64,000 bases of DNA from Antedon mediterranea (Eukaryota > Animalia > Echinodermata), in the NCBI RefSeq assembly GCF_964355755.1, contig NC_092671.1, positions 30,762,304 through 30,826,303 of the forward strand, read 5' to 3'. Within the stretch, counting starts at the first letter, position 1. Every line of letters begins with the position of its first letter. The notes beneath the pieces are model-generated. The model saw only the letters and a program-made list of their open reading frames with translations. It was not told the origin of the DNA and did no database searches. Both the position numbers and the translations under genes were made by a program. Positions 11,976 through 27,700 of the stretch are shown here, in pieces.

Positions 11976-14634
11976 CCCAAGAACCAGTGGGAATATTAAA
12001 AGAAAGCCGATCACGCTTACTAACATCTTTTAAACGGAGTTTTGGACGACGATATCAAATGCCTGTTGCCACTGAATTGGACTGTGACTTTCATATCTTG
12101 TTTTTACGTGATATTAGGATTTATTGCTAAAAATCATATACAGTATAACCAAAGTTAAATATAAACTATGAAATTATGAGCCTATGAAACATTTTAATTA
12201 ACGCTTGAACTTTTTTTAAATTAATGTGATTGTAAATAGGGGCCTACCTGATTTGTATTAAAATGTTTCTATAATTATCAATTATTCCTTATATTCATCT
12301 GAATATAAAACAAAAGTCTACTTCCGAATTGGCAGGGTCGGAGTCACTATAATGTAATTAGCTACCCCATTTGGACGGAAAATAATAATAATAATAACGT
12401 TCAAATTACTAATATAATGTTCAGATACTTTAGTCTAATACCACCTCAGCCCGACCATGGGGTTGGTTAGAGCATTTTTTAGGAATATGGACATAGCTTA
12501 GATTGCTAGCAATTCCACTATTAACTCTTGATAATATCACAGATAAGTTTAAAGTTTTAAAAAAACGCTGATTATAGTTTCAAGCAATAAATAGATAGGA
12601 CTGGACATGCCCTCTAGAGTAAAACTAGGTAAAACTATAGGAATCCATCCCAAAAACGTATTGGATTTGTTTCCGTTTAAAAAACTTTTCATTTACAATA
12701 ATTTTTAGTTCATACATTAAATGCCAAGGAAAACTAAATTTAGCAATATTATTTGTTTAGGGGTGCAAATAAAAGTGAAAACTATAGACAAGATGTAAAG
12801 TAGTCTAATGTACCGTTTCTTCGATAATCTTAATTTTACCTATACCTATACTTTTATTCAGACATTCCGGATTTTTAATCCTCTCAAAAATAATGTTAGC
12901 TAAAAGTAAGAGTGCATTGCCTGGTCTATATTCCTGAAAAAAGTTTTGTCGTCTCTCGATTTTATGATGCTGTGTCCGATTCTATAAATACGTTTTATAT
13001 TAACACTGGCAGCATTTATCTATATTAACGAACACATGCCTTTTTACTTTCCGTACTTTTGAACCTTCTGAACATAGTCTGGTTATACTGAGATTGTTTA
13101 TCTAATTGAATTCGTATCATATATTACGTAATATTAGGATATATTGCTAAAAATCAAGAAGTAAATAATTGTTCGGGTTGAGTGCTATAGGATAGAATTA
13201 CAGTTATGAAAAATGTAACGAACAATACACTTTAGAAGTTGTTTGAATCCCATCTAGTCTACACACTTTAAACTATTTTAATTTGATCGTAAATACCTAT
13301 ATTCGTGTCATTGATATTACACGATTGCGACATGAATTTTCATCAAAGTATCATACATTAAAAGTGATGCTGGTGATTGTAAATGAAAGCTCTTTTAAAT
13401 GGCAACCATATACCATACGTTTCTTATAGACCTAATCCGTTAGAAAATTAAAATACTTTTAAAACTTTTAATTTGCATCTCCTATTTAGGCATCAAAACT
13501 TATTGTGTGTTGTCCCTTAGATGGAAACCAGGCAATCTAGCACCAAAATAATTTCGTAATTATATACTGTAGGCCTAGTGTATATATTAATAAAAATCAC
13601 TCGAATAATTACAATACAAGTTATTGCCTATTCCCTATCGAAGTTCAAAGTTCTTCTGTATGACTAAGATACAGTCACTAAAGGCAATATTGTATGTATG
13701 TTAACTATTAAATACAAGCCCGTACTTCATCATTCAACATAATTAATAATTTCGCCATGCAAACTTCGAAGTGTTTTTTTGTATACTTTACTAAGTACTT
13801 TCCATGTATTTTAAATAGTCAATTAAGCTAAGAATATAGAGCACCGTGTTTTTTATAGGTTCAGCTTTTAAATGTGTCTCGTTGTGTGCTTTGCATCTGT
13901 TTAAAAAAAAATCGTCACATTTGTCTTAGCTTTCGGAGTCAAAAATCTCGAATGACTTTTATGTCGGTCGAACAAATTTATTATGATGAACTCGTATGTT
14001 GATTCTCTCTCTCGGACAACATCTTTATAAAACTGGCTAATCGTATCTCAGCGGTATCAGGTCGGCTGTCTTCGTTTTGCTTCTAGATATCGCATTAAGC
14101 TATTAGTAGGCCTACCTGATATAACCGAGCTATCAAAAAGCGAACTTCAATCACAGAGGTGACTTATTTGTCCCAAATTTAGTTGAGAATGTTTTAAGGC
14201 CTAAACGAATTATTATTACAAAATTTAGTGGGCCTATATTATAAAGTGATTAGTTTAATGAAATTAATAACAAAGACTCGAATTAAAAAGTACAGTATAA
14301 TTAATCATGCACGTTTAAAACAAATTATTATATTAGCCTATATTTTAATGCCAACACTTTTCCAATACGTGCTTAAATTGGCTTTGCTTGTTGCTTCATA
14401 GAAAATCATAACCAATTAATTGTCTAACCAAAAATGTCATTTATCTCATACACTGTAATATTTGTAGTGAGTGGTAGAAACCAAAACACTCTCCGTATGA
14501 GAATGACACAGAGATCAGCTATAAAAAACATTAAAGTTTTTCTGTAACCGAAATGTTATTTCAACCTACTTGCAGAAATCGCACAGGACTTTTAATGTAG
14601 TCCTGTTGCTTTCAAAAGTCATGTCGCAATCGTT

Positions 14635-17600
14635 TAATATCTTATATCAATGACACGAACATATTAGGTTGTCAAATGGAGCGACAAAACTCGCAAAGAC
14701 AAAAAAACACTTGGAATTACTACTTAAAGCCACAAAACTGTTTGATCTTAACATTAACATACTCCCAGATCAGTAAAATTATTCCATCGACTACCTAAGT
14801 TTAAGGTTCAATATTAACCACCATTTGAGTTGCTTTTTTTTAGATACAATCCTAATTGTTTATATCTACCAAGCTATCTTCATTGTTTTTAGCTTGTGCC
14901 TTGATCCTTTGTTTTTATTTCTTTATTCCAGTCCACTCAGGCAGTGCTTGTTTGCTTCATATTCTCAATTTTGTTCTTTCACTTATAAAGGGCTAGTGGA
15001 TTTATATTTAAATGTTTTTTAATTTTCTGTTTTTTAACTCACATAATGTCTAAAAGATCGCAATAATAATGAAGCTTTTGAAATGGATGTAAAATATTCA
15101 TATTCTCAATTTTGTAAAAGCACTTCCACTGATATAGTATATTATCCTATTAATTAAATATGACAAGTTGTACAGGTAGTTTCAGTTTTTATTTTCTATT
15201 GTTTTTGTATATATTTTTTTTAAAGTAATTGTGTTGCTTAAATCATGGAGGTATAAACATATTTTGATATGCTTAAATGTTGTATGTGTGCCACTGTTAA
15301 ATATGTGTTGCTCCAAATAAATATTATTATATTATTATTACAAGGTACAGTATTCATTTCTGAAAATTATATACATAAAAGATGATTTGATCATACAGGA
15401 AATTGTTTGAAGATAGAATTTAAAGTTTAGATTTAACTTGTTTTAAAGATTTAATGTGGCTATACTTTGATATATTATAAACGAATTTAACAAAACTCTT
15501 TGAAATTTATAATTCTATTGAGCCTATATGCGTGGTACGGTCACTGTTACTCTTTATTCATTGATTTAAAATTCAGGTTAGACTTTTAATTAGAAAGAAA
15601 TAAACACACCAGGGTTAAAAGGGTTAAATGATCCATAATTAAGCGATATATCTACACTGTGCGACACAAAATGCTTTCATAAAATTACACATTTATACCT
15701 TTGCTTAATAATAATATTTTATAATAATTCATTTTAACGGCACTACGCCTACATGATGATCATGGGTAGCTAATGGCATGGGGCTCCGACCCTGTATGCC
15801 ACTTTTGGAAGTGTTTATATTGATGTTGCAAACAATTTCATTATCAAAATTTATATGTAGAAGACAAAACTGATTAATTAGTGTGCATGATGCATATAAG
15901 AAGTAATTACTGAAAACTATCATTGTAGTACATTTTTTATAGTATTAGTAGTACTTTATAGTATAAAGGGTGTATAAAGTTGTGCCTTTTTCAAGCATGA
16001 TTTGAGTGATAGTTGTTTTTGGGGTTGGCAATTATTGCGACAAAATTGTAATGTCCTTGACGTTATTAATGCCTAATTTCCGTGACAGAGATAAACCCTT
16101 ATATCAATAACATATCATTGGGATTTTTTTTTATCTAATGTGATATAAAGGGATAATCGCAGAAACAGCACAGAACTCCGAATTCCTAAAAATGCTCTAA
16201 ACATTAGTCCCAATCATAGTCGAGCTGACGTGGGTTTGGACTTCCAAATATACACAACCTTAAATTACCACTAAATTTCAAAAACGTTGCGCCGGTTCTG
16301 AATATTATATCTAATCTGAATGATATAGGCCTAAATGAATAATACTGATACTTGCAGAAACCGCAAAGAACGTTCAATGTATTGCATTCAAAAGACATGT
16401 CACATTCGTGTAATATCTTATATCAATGACACGAACATATTAGGTTGTCAAAAGACAAATGTCTAAAAGATCGCAATAATAATGAAGCTTTTGAAATGGA
16501 TGTAAAATATTCATATTCTCAATTTTGTAAAAGCACTTCCACTGATATAGTATATTATCCTATTAATTAAATATGACAAGTTGTACAGGTAGTTTCAGTT
16601 TTTATTTTCTATTGTTTTTGTATATATTTTTTTTAAAGTAATTGTGTTGCTTAAATCATGGAGGTATAAACATATTTTGATATGCTTAAATGTTGTATGT
16701 GTGCCACTGTTAAATATGTGTTGCTCCAAATAAATATTATTATATTATTATTACAAGGTACAGTATTCATTTCTGAAAATTATATACATAAAAGATGATT
16801 TGATCATACAGGAAATTGTTTGAAGATAGAATTTAAAGTTTAGATTTAACTTGTTTTAAAGATTTAATGTGGCTATACTTTGATATATTATAAACGAATT
16901 TAACAAAACTCTTTGAAATTTATAATTCTATTGAGCCTATATGCGTGGTACGGTCACTGTTACTCTTTATTCATTGATTTAAAATTCAGGTTAGACTTTT
17001 AATTAGAAAGAAATAAACACACCAGGGTTAAAAGGGTTAAATGATCCATAATTAAGCGATATATCTACACTGTGAGACACAAAATGCTTTCATAAAATTA
17101 CACATTTATACCTTTGCTTAATAATAATATTTTATAATAATTCATTTTAACGGCACTACGCCTACATGATGATCATGGGTAGCTAATGGCATGGGGCTCC
17201 GACCCTGTATGCCACTTTTGGAAGTGTTTATATTGATGTTGCAAACAATTTCATTATCAAAATTTATATGTAGAAGACAAAACTGATTAATTAGTGTGCA
17301 TGATGCATATAAGAAGTAATTACTGAAAACTATCATTGTAGTACATTTTTTATAGTATTAGTAGTACTTTATAGTATAAAGGGTGTATAAAGTTGTGCCT
17401 TTTTCAAGCATGATTTGAGTGATAGTTGTTTTTGGGGTTGGCAATTATTGCGACAAAATTGTAATGTCCTTGACGTTATTAATGCCTAATTTCCGTGACA
17501 GAGATAAACCCTTATATCAATAACATATCATTGGGATTTTTTTTTATCTAATGTGATATAAAGGGATAATCGCAGAAACAGCACAGAACTCCGAATTCCT

Positions 17601-20600
17601 AAAAATGCTCTAAACATTAGTCCCAATCATAGTCGAGCTGACGTGGGTTTGGACTTCCAAATATACACAACCTTAAATTACCACTAAATTTCAAAAACGT
17701 TGCGCCGGTTCTGAATATTATATCTAATCTGAATGATATAGGCCTAAATGAATAATACTGATACTTGCAGAAACCGCAAAGAACGTTCAATGTATTGCAT
17801 TCAAAAGACATGTCACATTCGTGTAATATCTTATATCAATGACACGAACATATTAGGTTGTCAAAAGACAAATGTCTAAAAGATCGCAATAATAATGAAG
17901 CTTTTGAAATGGATGTAAAATATTCATATTCTCAATTTTGTAAAAGCACTTCCACTGATATAGTATATTATCCTATTAATTAAATATGACAAGTTGTACA
18001 GGTAGTTTCAGTTTTTATTTTCTATTGTTTTTGTATATATTTTTTTTAAAGTAATTGTGTTGCTTAAATCATGGAGGTATAAACATATTTTGATATGCTT
18101 AAATGTTGTATGTGTGCCACTGTTAAATATGTGTTGCTCCAAATAAATATTATTATATTATTATTACAAGGTACAGTATTCATTTCTGAAAATTATATAC
18201 ATAAAAGATGATTTGATCATACAGGAAATTGTTTGAAGATAGAATTTAAAGTTTAGATTTAACTTGTTTTAAAGATTTAATGTGGCTATACTTTGATATA
18301 TTATAAACGAATTTAACAAAACTCTTTGAAATTTATAATTCTATTGAGCCTATATGCGTGGTACGGTCACTGTTACTCTTTATTCATTGATTTAAAATTC
18401 AGGTTAGACTTTTAATTAGAAAGAAATAAACACACCAGGGTTAAAAGGGTTAAATGATCCATAATTAAGCGATATATCTACACTGTGAGACACAAAATGC
18501 TTTCATAAAATTACACATTTATACCTTTGCTTAATAATAATATTTTATAATAATTCATTTTAACGGCACTACGCCTACATGATGATCATGGGTAGCTAAT
18601 GGCATGGGGCTCCGACCCTGTATGCCACTTTTGGAAGTGTTTATATTGATGTTGCAAACAATTTCATTATCAAAATTTATATGTAGAAGACAAAACTGAT
18701 TAATTAGTGTGCATGATGCATATAAGAAGTAATTACTGAAAACTATCATTGTAGTACATTTTTTATAGTATTAGTAGTACTTTATAGTATAAAGGGTGTA
18801 TAAAGTTGTGCCTTTTTCAAGCATGATTTGAGTGATAGTTGTTTTTGGGGTTGGCAATTATTGCGACAAAATTGTAATGTCCTTGACGTTATTAATGCCT
18901 AATTTCCGTGACAGAGATAAACCCTTATATCAATAACATATCATTGGGATTTTTTTTTATCTAATGTGATATAAAGGGATAATCGCAGAAACAGCACAGA
19001 ACTCCGAATTCCTAAAAATGCTCTAAACATTAGTCCCAATCATAGTCGAGCTGACGTGGGTTTGGACTTCCAAATATACACAACCTTAAATTACCACTAA
19101 ATTTCAAAAACGTTGCGCCGGTTCTGAATATTATATCTAATCTGAATGATATAGGCCTAAATGAATAATACTGATACTTGCAGAAACCGCAAAGAACGTT
19201 CAATGTATTGCATTCAAAAGACATGTCACATTCGTGTAATATCTTATATCAATGACACGAACATATTAGGTTGTCAAAAGACAAAAAAAACTTGGAATTA
19301 CTACTTAAAGCCACAAAACTGTTTGATCTTAACATTAACATACTCCCAGATCATTAAAATTATTCCATCGACTACCTAAGTTTAAGGTTCAATATTAACC
19401 ACCATTTGAGTTGCTTTTTTTTAGATGCAATCCTAATTGTTTATATCTACCAAGCTATCTTCATTGTTTTCAGCTTGTGCCTTGATCCTTTGTTTTTATT
19501 TCTTTATTCCAGTCCACTCAGGCAGTGCTTGTTTGCTTCATATTCTCAATTTTGTTCTTTCACTTATAAAGGGCTAGTGGATTTATATTTAAATGTTTTT
19601 TTAATTTTCTGTTTTTTAACTCACATAATGTCTAAAAGATCGCAATAATAATGAAGCTTTTGAAATGGATGTAAAATATTCATATTCTCAATTTTGTAAA
19701 AGCACTTCCACTGATATAGTATATTATCCTATTAATTAAATATGACAAGTTGTACAGGTAGTTTCAGTTTTTATTTTCTATTGTTTCTGTATATTTTTTT
19801 TTAAAGTAATTGTGTTGCTTAAATCATGGAGGTATAAACATATTTTGATATGCTTAAATGTTGTATGTGTGCCACTGTTAAATATGTGTTGCTCCAAATA
19901 AATATTATTATATTATTATTACAAGGTACAGTATTCATTTCTGAAAATTATATACATAAAAGATGATTTGATCATACAGGAAATTGTTTGAAGATAGAAT
20001 TTAACGTTTAGATTTAACTTGTTTTAAAGATTTAATGTGGCTATACTTTGATATATTATAAACGAATTTAACAAAACTCTTTGAAATTTATAATTCTATT
20101 GAGCCTATATGCGTGGTACGGTCACTGTTACTCTTTATTCATTGATTTAAAATTTAGGTTAGACTTTTAATTAGAAAGAAATAAACACACCAGGGTTAAA
20201 AGGGTTAAATGATCCATAATTAAGCGATATATCTACACTGTGAGACACAAAATGCTTTCATAAAATTACACATTTATACCTTTGCTTAATAATAATATTT
20301 TATAATAATTCATTTTAACGGCACTACGCCTACATGATGATCATGGGTAGCTAATGGCATGGGGCTCCGACCCTGTATGCCACTTTTGGAAGTGTTTATA
20401 TTGATGTTGCAAACAATTTCATTATCAAAATTTATATGTAGAAGACAAAACTGATTAATTAGTGTGCATGATGCATATAAGAAGTAATTACTGAAAACTA
20501 TCATTGTAGTACATTTTTTATAGTATTAGTAGTACTTTATAGTATAAAGGGTGTATAAAGTTGTGCCTTTTTCAAGCATGATTTGAGTGATAGTTGTTTT

Positions 20601-23230
20601 TGGGGTTGGCAATTATTGCGACAAAATTGTAATGTCCTTGACGTTATTAATGCTTAATTTCCGTGACAGAGATAAACCCTTATATCAATAACATATCATT
20701 GGGGTTTTTTTTTATCTAATGTGATATAAAGGGATAATCGCAGAAACAGCACAGAACTCCGAATTCCTAAAAATGCTCTAAACATTAGTCCCAATCATAG
20801 TCGAGCTGACGTGGGTTTGGACTTCCAAATATACACAACCTTAAATTACCACTAAATTTCAAAAACGTTGCGCCGGTTCTGAATATTATATCTAATCTGA
20901 ATGATATAGGCCTAAATGAATAATACTGATACTTGCAGAAACCGCAAAGAACGTTCAATGTATTGCATTCAAAAGACATGTCACATTCGTGTAATATCTT
21001 ATATCAATGACACGAACATATTAGGTTGTCAAAAGACAAAAAAAACTTGGAATTACTACTTAAAGCCACAAAACTGTTTGATCTTAACATTAACATACTC
21101 CCAGATCAGTAAAATTATTCCATCGACTACCTAAGTTTAAGGTTCAATATTAACCACCATTTGAGTTGCTTTTTTTTAGATGCAATCCTAATTGTTTATA
21201 TCTACCAAGCTATCTTCATTGTTTTCAGCTTGTGCCTTGATCCTTTGTTTTTATTTCTTTATTCCAGTCCACTCAGGCAGTGCTTGTTTGCTTCATATTC
21301 TCAATTTTGTTCTTTCACTTATAAAGGGCTAGTGGATTTATATTTAAATGTTTTTTTAATTTTCTGTTTTTTAACTCACATAATGTCTAAAAGATCGCAA
21401 TAATAATGAAGCTTTTGAAATGGATGTAAAATATTCATATTCTCAATTTTGTAAAAGCACTTCCACTGATATAGTATATTATCCTATTAATTAAATATGA
21501 CAAGTTGTACAGGTAGTTTCAGTTTTTATTTTCTATTGTTTTTGTATATTTTTTTTAAAAAGTAATTGTGTTGCTTAAATCATGGAGGTATAAACATATT
21601 TTGATATGCTTAAATGTTGTATGTGTGCCACTGTTAAATATGTGTTGCTCCAAATAAATATTATTATATTATTATTACAAGGTACAGTATTCATTTCTGA
21701 AAATTATATACATAAAAGATGATTTGATCATACAGGAAATTGTTTGAAGATAGAATTTAAAGTTTAGATTTAACTTGTTTTAAAGATTTAATGTGGCTAT
21801 ACTTTGATATATTATAAACGAATTTAACAAAACTCTTTGAAATTTATAATTCTATTGAGTCTATATGCGTGGTACGGTCACTGTTACTCTTTATTCATTG
21901 ATTTAAAATTCAGGTTAGACTTTTAATTAGAAAGAAATAAACACACCAGGGTTAAAAGGGTTAAATGATCCATAATTAAGCGATATATCTACACTGTGAG
22001 ACACAAAATGCTTTCATAAAATTACACATTTATACCTTTGCTTAATAATAATATTTTATAATAATTCATTTTAACGGCACTACGCCTACATGATGATCAT
22101 GGGTAGCTAATGGCATGGGGCTCCGACCCTGTATGCCACTTTTGGAAGTGTTTATATTGATGTTGCAAACAATTTCATTATCAAAATTTATATGTAGAAG
22201 ACAAAACTGATTAATTAGTGTGCATGATGCATATAAGAAGTAATTACTGAAAACTATCATTGTAGTACATTTTTTATAGTATTAGTAGTACTTTATAGTA
22301 TAAAGGGTGTATAAAGTTGTGCCTTTTTCAAGCATGATTTGAGTGATAGTTGTTTTTGGGGTTGGCAATTATTGCGACAAAATTGTAATGTCCTTGACGT
22401 TATTAATGCCTAATTTCCGTGACAGAGATAAACCCTTATATCAATAACATATCATTGGGGTTTTTTTTTTATCTAATGTGATATAAAGGGATAATCGCAG
22501 AAACAGCACAGAACTCCGAATTCCTAAAAATGCTCTAAACATTAGTCCCAATCATAGTCGAGCTGACGTGGGTTTGGACTTCCAAATATACACAACCTTA
22601 AATTACCACTAAATTTCAAAAACGTTGCGCCGGTTCTGAATATTATATCTAATCTGAATGATATAGGCCTAAATGAATAATACTGATACTTGCAGAAACC
22701 GCAAAGAACGTTCAATGTATTGCATTCAAAAGACATGTCACATTCGTGTAATATCTTATATCAATGACACGAACATATTAGGTTGTCAAAAGACAAAAAA
22801 AACTTGGAATTACTACTTAAAGCCACAAAACTGTTTGATCTTAACATTAACATACTCCCAGATCAGTAAAATTATTCCATCGACTACCTAAGTTTAAGGT
22901 TCAATATTAACCACCATTTGAGTTGCTTTTTTTTAGATGCAATCCTAATTGTTTATATCTACCAAGCTATCTTCATTGTTTTCAGCTTGTGCCTTGATCC
23001 TTTGTTTTTATTTCTTTATTCCAGTCCACTAAGGCAGTGCTTGTTTGCTTCATATTCTCAATTTTGTTCTTTCACTTATAAAGGGCTAGTGGATTTATAT
23101 TTAAATGTTTTTTTAATTTTCTGTTTTTTAACTCACATAATGTCTAAAAGATCGCAATAATAATGAAGCTTTTGAAATGGATGTAAAATATTCATATTCT
23201 CAATTTTGTAAAAGCACTTTCACTGATATA
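14635..23230. repeat. Tandem array of near-identical units: about 1775, 1413, 1413, 1755, 1756 bp plus a partial unit
   Basis: Identical shadow ORFs occur at 15729, 17142, 18555, 20310 and 22066. Units 2 and 3 share a 342-bp deletion (junction gtcaaaagacaaatgtctaaaag near 16455 and 17868). Confidence 0.95.
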
Positions 23231-24791
23231 GGGCTAGTGTTGCCCATATATTATCCTAATTAAATACGATTTAATGTGGCTTTACTTTTATATATTATAA
23301 TAATATTTTATAATTATTCATTTTAACGGCACTTTGATAAAACAATGTTATATATCATACTATTGCACCTTTATTCATGGGGTGACCTACTATAACCTTA
23401 CACTATTATGGAAGAAAAGAAAAAAAAAAAACAAATAAGAATTGTGAAAGTTAACCCAATGTATCACGGGTGTGACTTGGGTACACAATTGAAAAATTCA
23501 TTATATAATAATATCATGTGCATGCAAAAACAAAATTGTATTATTAAATGTGCATATCATTTATTTGTCCAATATAATTTTATATATTAGTTTAATTTAT
23601 TTTTCTAACGCCTAGTTTGACAGGCCAACTTTGAAATTGAAATAATCTTTTCGTTCGACACAATATTTCAGAGATACGTGAACATTTGATGATGGTCTAT
23701 CCGATATGACTTTGTTTTTTTGTACATAAAAAGTGGACAATTTTGGTTTAGATCAATGAATGCTTAAAATTGTTTTTATTTTGTGCTATATTTTTCAAGT
23801 TGATATCTGGAATACTATCAACGCTTTTATCTTATAATACACGATATATTCATATTTTTTTACAAGAAAATAAAGTATTGATCACTAGCTTGTTTTTATG
23901 TATTTAATAACTATTCTAAGTTCATTTTAAATAGGCGTATGTTTATATTTTAATGATTCATGGTAAACAATTATAAACAGCTTCAATATTACACAGTAGG
24001 TTATTCAAAAGAGACGCACAATTTATACGGACGTGTTTTTAACGACAAAATTGACCAATCAAAATGGAAATAGTCAAAATACAATAATTTTATGTTCATT
24101 GGCTACCCCACCAACAACCTAAACTTCAAATAATAAAACATCTCTGTAATACTGTATTTAAAAAAAAGCATATTTGCAACCGAAATTTCTTATTTTATAA
24201 ATATAATATAAATTTACAATTATACAAAACAATATACAACTGCTTATAAAAAAGGAATTTAATTAAAGAATTTTAATTTAGTTAAAATATCAGGATTTCT
24301 TACTTCAATTTGATGTTTCCTTTAGAGGCACTAAACTTTTGAATATATGATTTATTTATTTTTTGTTATTATGTTATGTGCAAATAAAGTATTTACATAG
24401 TTGATATATATATATATATATATTATGCAGTGTAGCATAGGTGAAATTACGGGAGCCCAATATGAATTAGTTTGAAATGGTAAAAATTATTTTACTACAG
24501 TATAAGTAGATTAAAATATATAAGTTAATCTATGAAAATGATTATATATTACTGGCAGATTTTATCGATCTCTATCGTGCAAATAATACTCGTTATCGAT
24601 ATGAAATACGATTTGCACTTGAGTTTTTCTTCCTGCTGATCTGTAGCTTTAGTATAAACAATGTGAACAATGCCCAAACAGGGAGTTGACTAATAACTCC
24701 CTGGCCCAAATAAAAGATCGTAACAGTGTGAAAGTGCGTCACTCGTCGCCCAACATTGTTTGTGATCACTTCGTTATCGCATTTGATAAAA

Positions 24792-27700
24792 ATGGACTGG
24801 AGGTTTTGTGTAGAGGAAGACAACATTGCTTATCTAATAATTAATAACACTAGGGCAATAAAGCATTCTGATGGTGAACAGTTAGGCAAGGTTATAAAAT
24901 TTACCAAAACAACTAAAGGCAAAAACTGGCTTAAGGTAAGATTGTTGTGTTCTTCTAAATAATATAATTTTATTTTAATGTTTTTAGGGAACCATTCTTC
25001 ACCAGTCTTATTACTTTATAAAGATGTTTTATTTTCCATTTTGCAGTTTTAAAAAGTGTTTCAAGCCACGCAATTATTAGTTTTATTAGTATTTTCCCAG
25101 GGGCACAATCTTCAGCTGTTTAATAGGCCTATTATATTTGGATTTTATAGGCTTTCTGATTATAATATATATTATGATTTATTCGATTATTTATTTCATC
25201 TAATTAATTGGAATGTTGTTTCAGGCCTAAAACTAAATTGTAATATATCTTTACTATAGGACCATTGATACTAATTTTGTTGACCATTTTTTTAACATTA
25301 AAGTTTTATATATGATTTAAAAAATGCATTTTCATCAAGAGCACCAACACTGAATATTAGGGTGTAGTGTGTACACTTAACAACTATATAAATTTCTATG
25401 TTTAGTAGTACGCTTGCTGCAACCAAAGTATTGTGGAGCAAATTCAAACCGGACGAAAATTGCCCATTTTGCAAATGCAAGACAATTGACGACCTTACCA
25501 AAACATTGCAAACATTACGAAAGCGAAAAGCTCAAGATGCTGAAAACGTAACTACAAAGAGAACAAGAATTAACATAAAGACAATTGACGAAACAATCAA
25601 AGAAAAGATCATTGGTTAGTATATGAAACATTTGTTATTGAAGTTACATACTGTACCATGCCCCATGGACAAGCATAATTATTATCTGCTTTTGTTTTAC
25701 TGTAGTTTACAATTAAACAAACGTTACTGTTTTATATTTTTTCAAATGTTTTGTTGAATATGTCACATAATAGCTATTCACTTTGATCTTGGATAACAAA
25801 AACTGTAATTTTAAACATAACTCACAATAACTATAGGCCTAACCATGATTAGATTTAATGTATCTACAATTCGTTACGTTAAATTAGTATAATCTGGCTA
25901 GATAAGTAATTATACGTACTAGGCCTATTAAAATATAAAGCGGATGAACACATTTTTCGAAGATGAACGAACTAAAGATATTTTGAACACAGGTTTTAAC
26001 TTCTTATAGTTACTCTATTTTCTATTTGTTTTATTGTTATTTAAGTTTCAAACAGTTATTATAAAACGCATAAATAGATTCCGGTCATTCGATTGGACAA
26101 TTTTCTTTCACATGACTACTACTAGCCTTGCAAACCCAGACCTAGCCCGGATGCTAACATACACTAGGCCTAACCTTCCTAGATATTGTGCAAAATACCT
26201 ATATAAATTCAAAATTAACTAAAATATAAAAAATAACATGTGCAGGGTGATCTCCATGCACTCAAGCAGGCAGGGGGTGATGATGTCCTGACACTACCTA
26301 GGCCTAGACTAAACGGCCTATACTGTATGGCAACGTTAAATTTTTAGGATATATATTGTTAATAAAATAAAACTAATATTAAAATATAATTTCAATCATT
26401 TTTTGTAATTCATATAATTTAATAATGTATCCTTTTTCTGAAAATGTCCAACTTTGTATGTAAAACAATTTTTAAAAATGTTTTTTACTGATGTCGCAAC
26501 TTGCAATTACTGTGGAATTCCCCATTTTAGTGAAAAATAAAATTGGTTTATTAAATATGAAAATCCTATCATAATAATAATACAATGACATATTTATATT
26601 AAGTTGTTTCATTATTCAATAATATTCAAACTGTTTTTAGAGATTATATATATTATTTTATAATTCTACCCATTCTAACTGACCCCCCGAAGCCTGACAC
26701 ATGCAATTTTTGCATAACACAGTAACATTGAGACTGCACTGGTTTTGTTACTGGTTTTGTTACTGTTGTTATTCTTATTATATTATTTTTTCTATGCTTT
26801 TTTTTTGTAGAAATGTGAAAAAGAAATGCTGATTTCTGATGTCATCGTAGTTGTTTGCAATGACGAGGACCTGCTATACAATATGACTATTTTAAAAGAC
26901 AACGATAGAGTCATGCAAGTACAGTATTGGTACTGCGAAGAACAAGGTATACCCAGTTTGTTATTGTATTTACAAATATAGTTCAGTCATTTTTATTCAA
27001 TTATAAATATAGGTCAATCATTGATTGGCAGTCTACTAAAAAATTCACCAATTTGCAATACTAACTGCTTTTTGGTATGAGGTGGATGGTGGGGTAATGG
27101 GGTTATTTCTTCTTGTGTCTAATAAAAGAAAAAAAAAAGAAATGTACCATTGATATTATTATTATTATATTCAAATATACAGGAAAGTTAATGTAAGTAT
27201 GTAGGCCTACAGTTTAATGATGATTCATATTTTTTTTAGACACCATTCGCACGTTATTAGTAAGCCCTCAACACGAACGCATGATGAATGGAATTGGTGG
27301 CGTCATTAAGGCTAAGTCACTAGAACTGCTAATTAAGCAACTAGTGACAAGGCATAGCAGAGAAGGTCACTTAGTTGTAAATTGCCTAGGATGGAATGGT
27401 AAATAATACATTTATACCATAACTCATAATAATCATTCATTGATGTTAACCAAAAACATATCGCGTGACAATTGGGCATGTCGCTAAAATCCAATCAAAT
27501 GGGAAAAATTCTTGTTCTTTGAGTCATTACTATTGTCGTTTGTACAAACGACATTAATGAACTAACAAACTAATTTAATATTCAATTGAAATCTATTTTA
27601 TTGTTATTATAATTACAGTGTTCAAGGAAATAATTTTGCAACGGCGCAATTGTATAACCTTGCTCGAGAATGATGGAGAATCTGAATTAAGATCCAGATT

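Noticed and set aside
14825-23160. Recurrent 64-80 aa ORFs in the tandem array
   Set aside because: They recur only because the DNA is duplicated; no recognisable domains, and composition is low-complexity and AT-driven.
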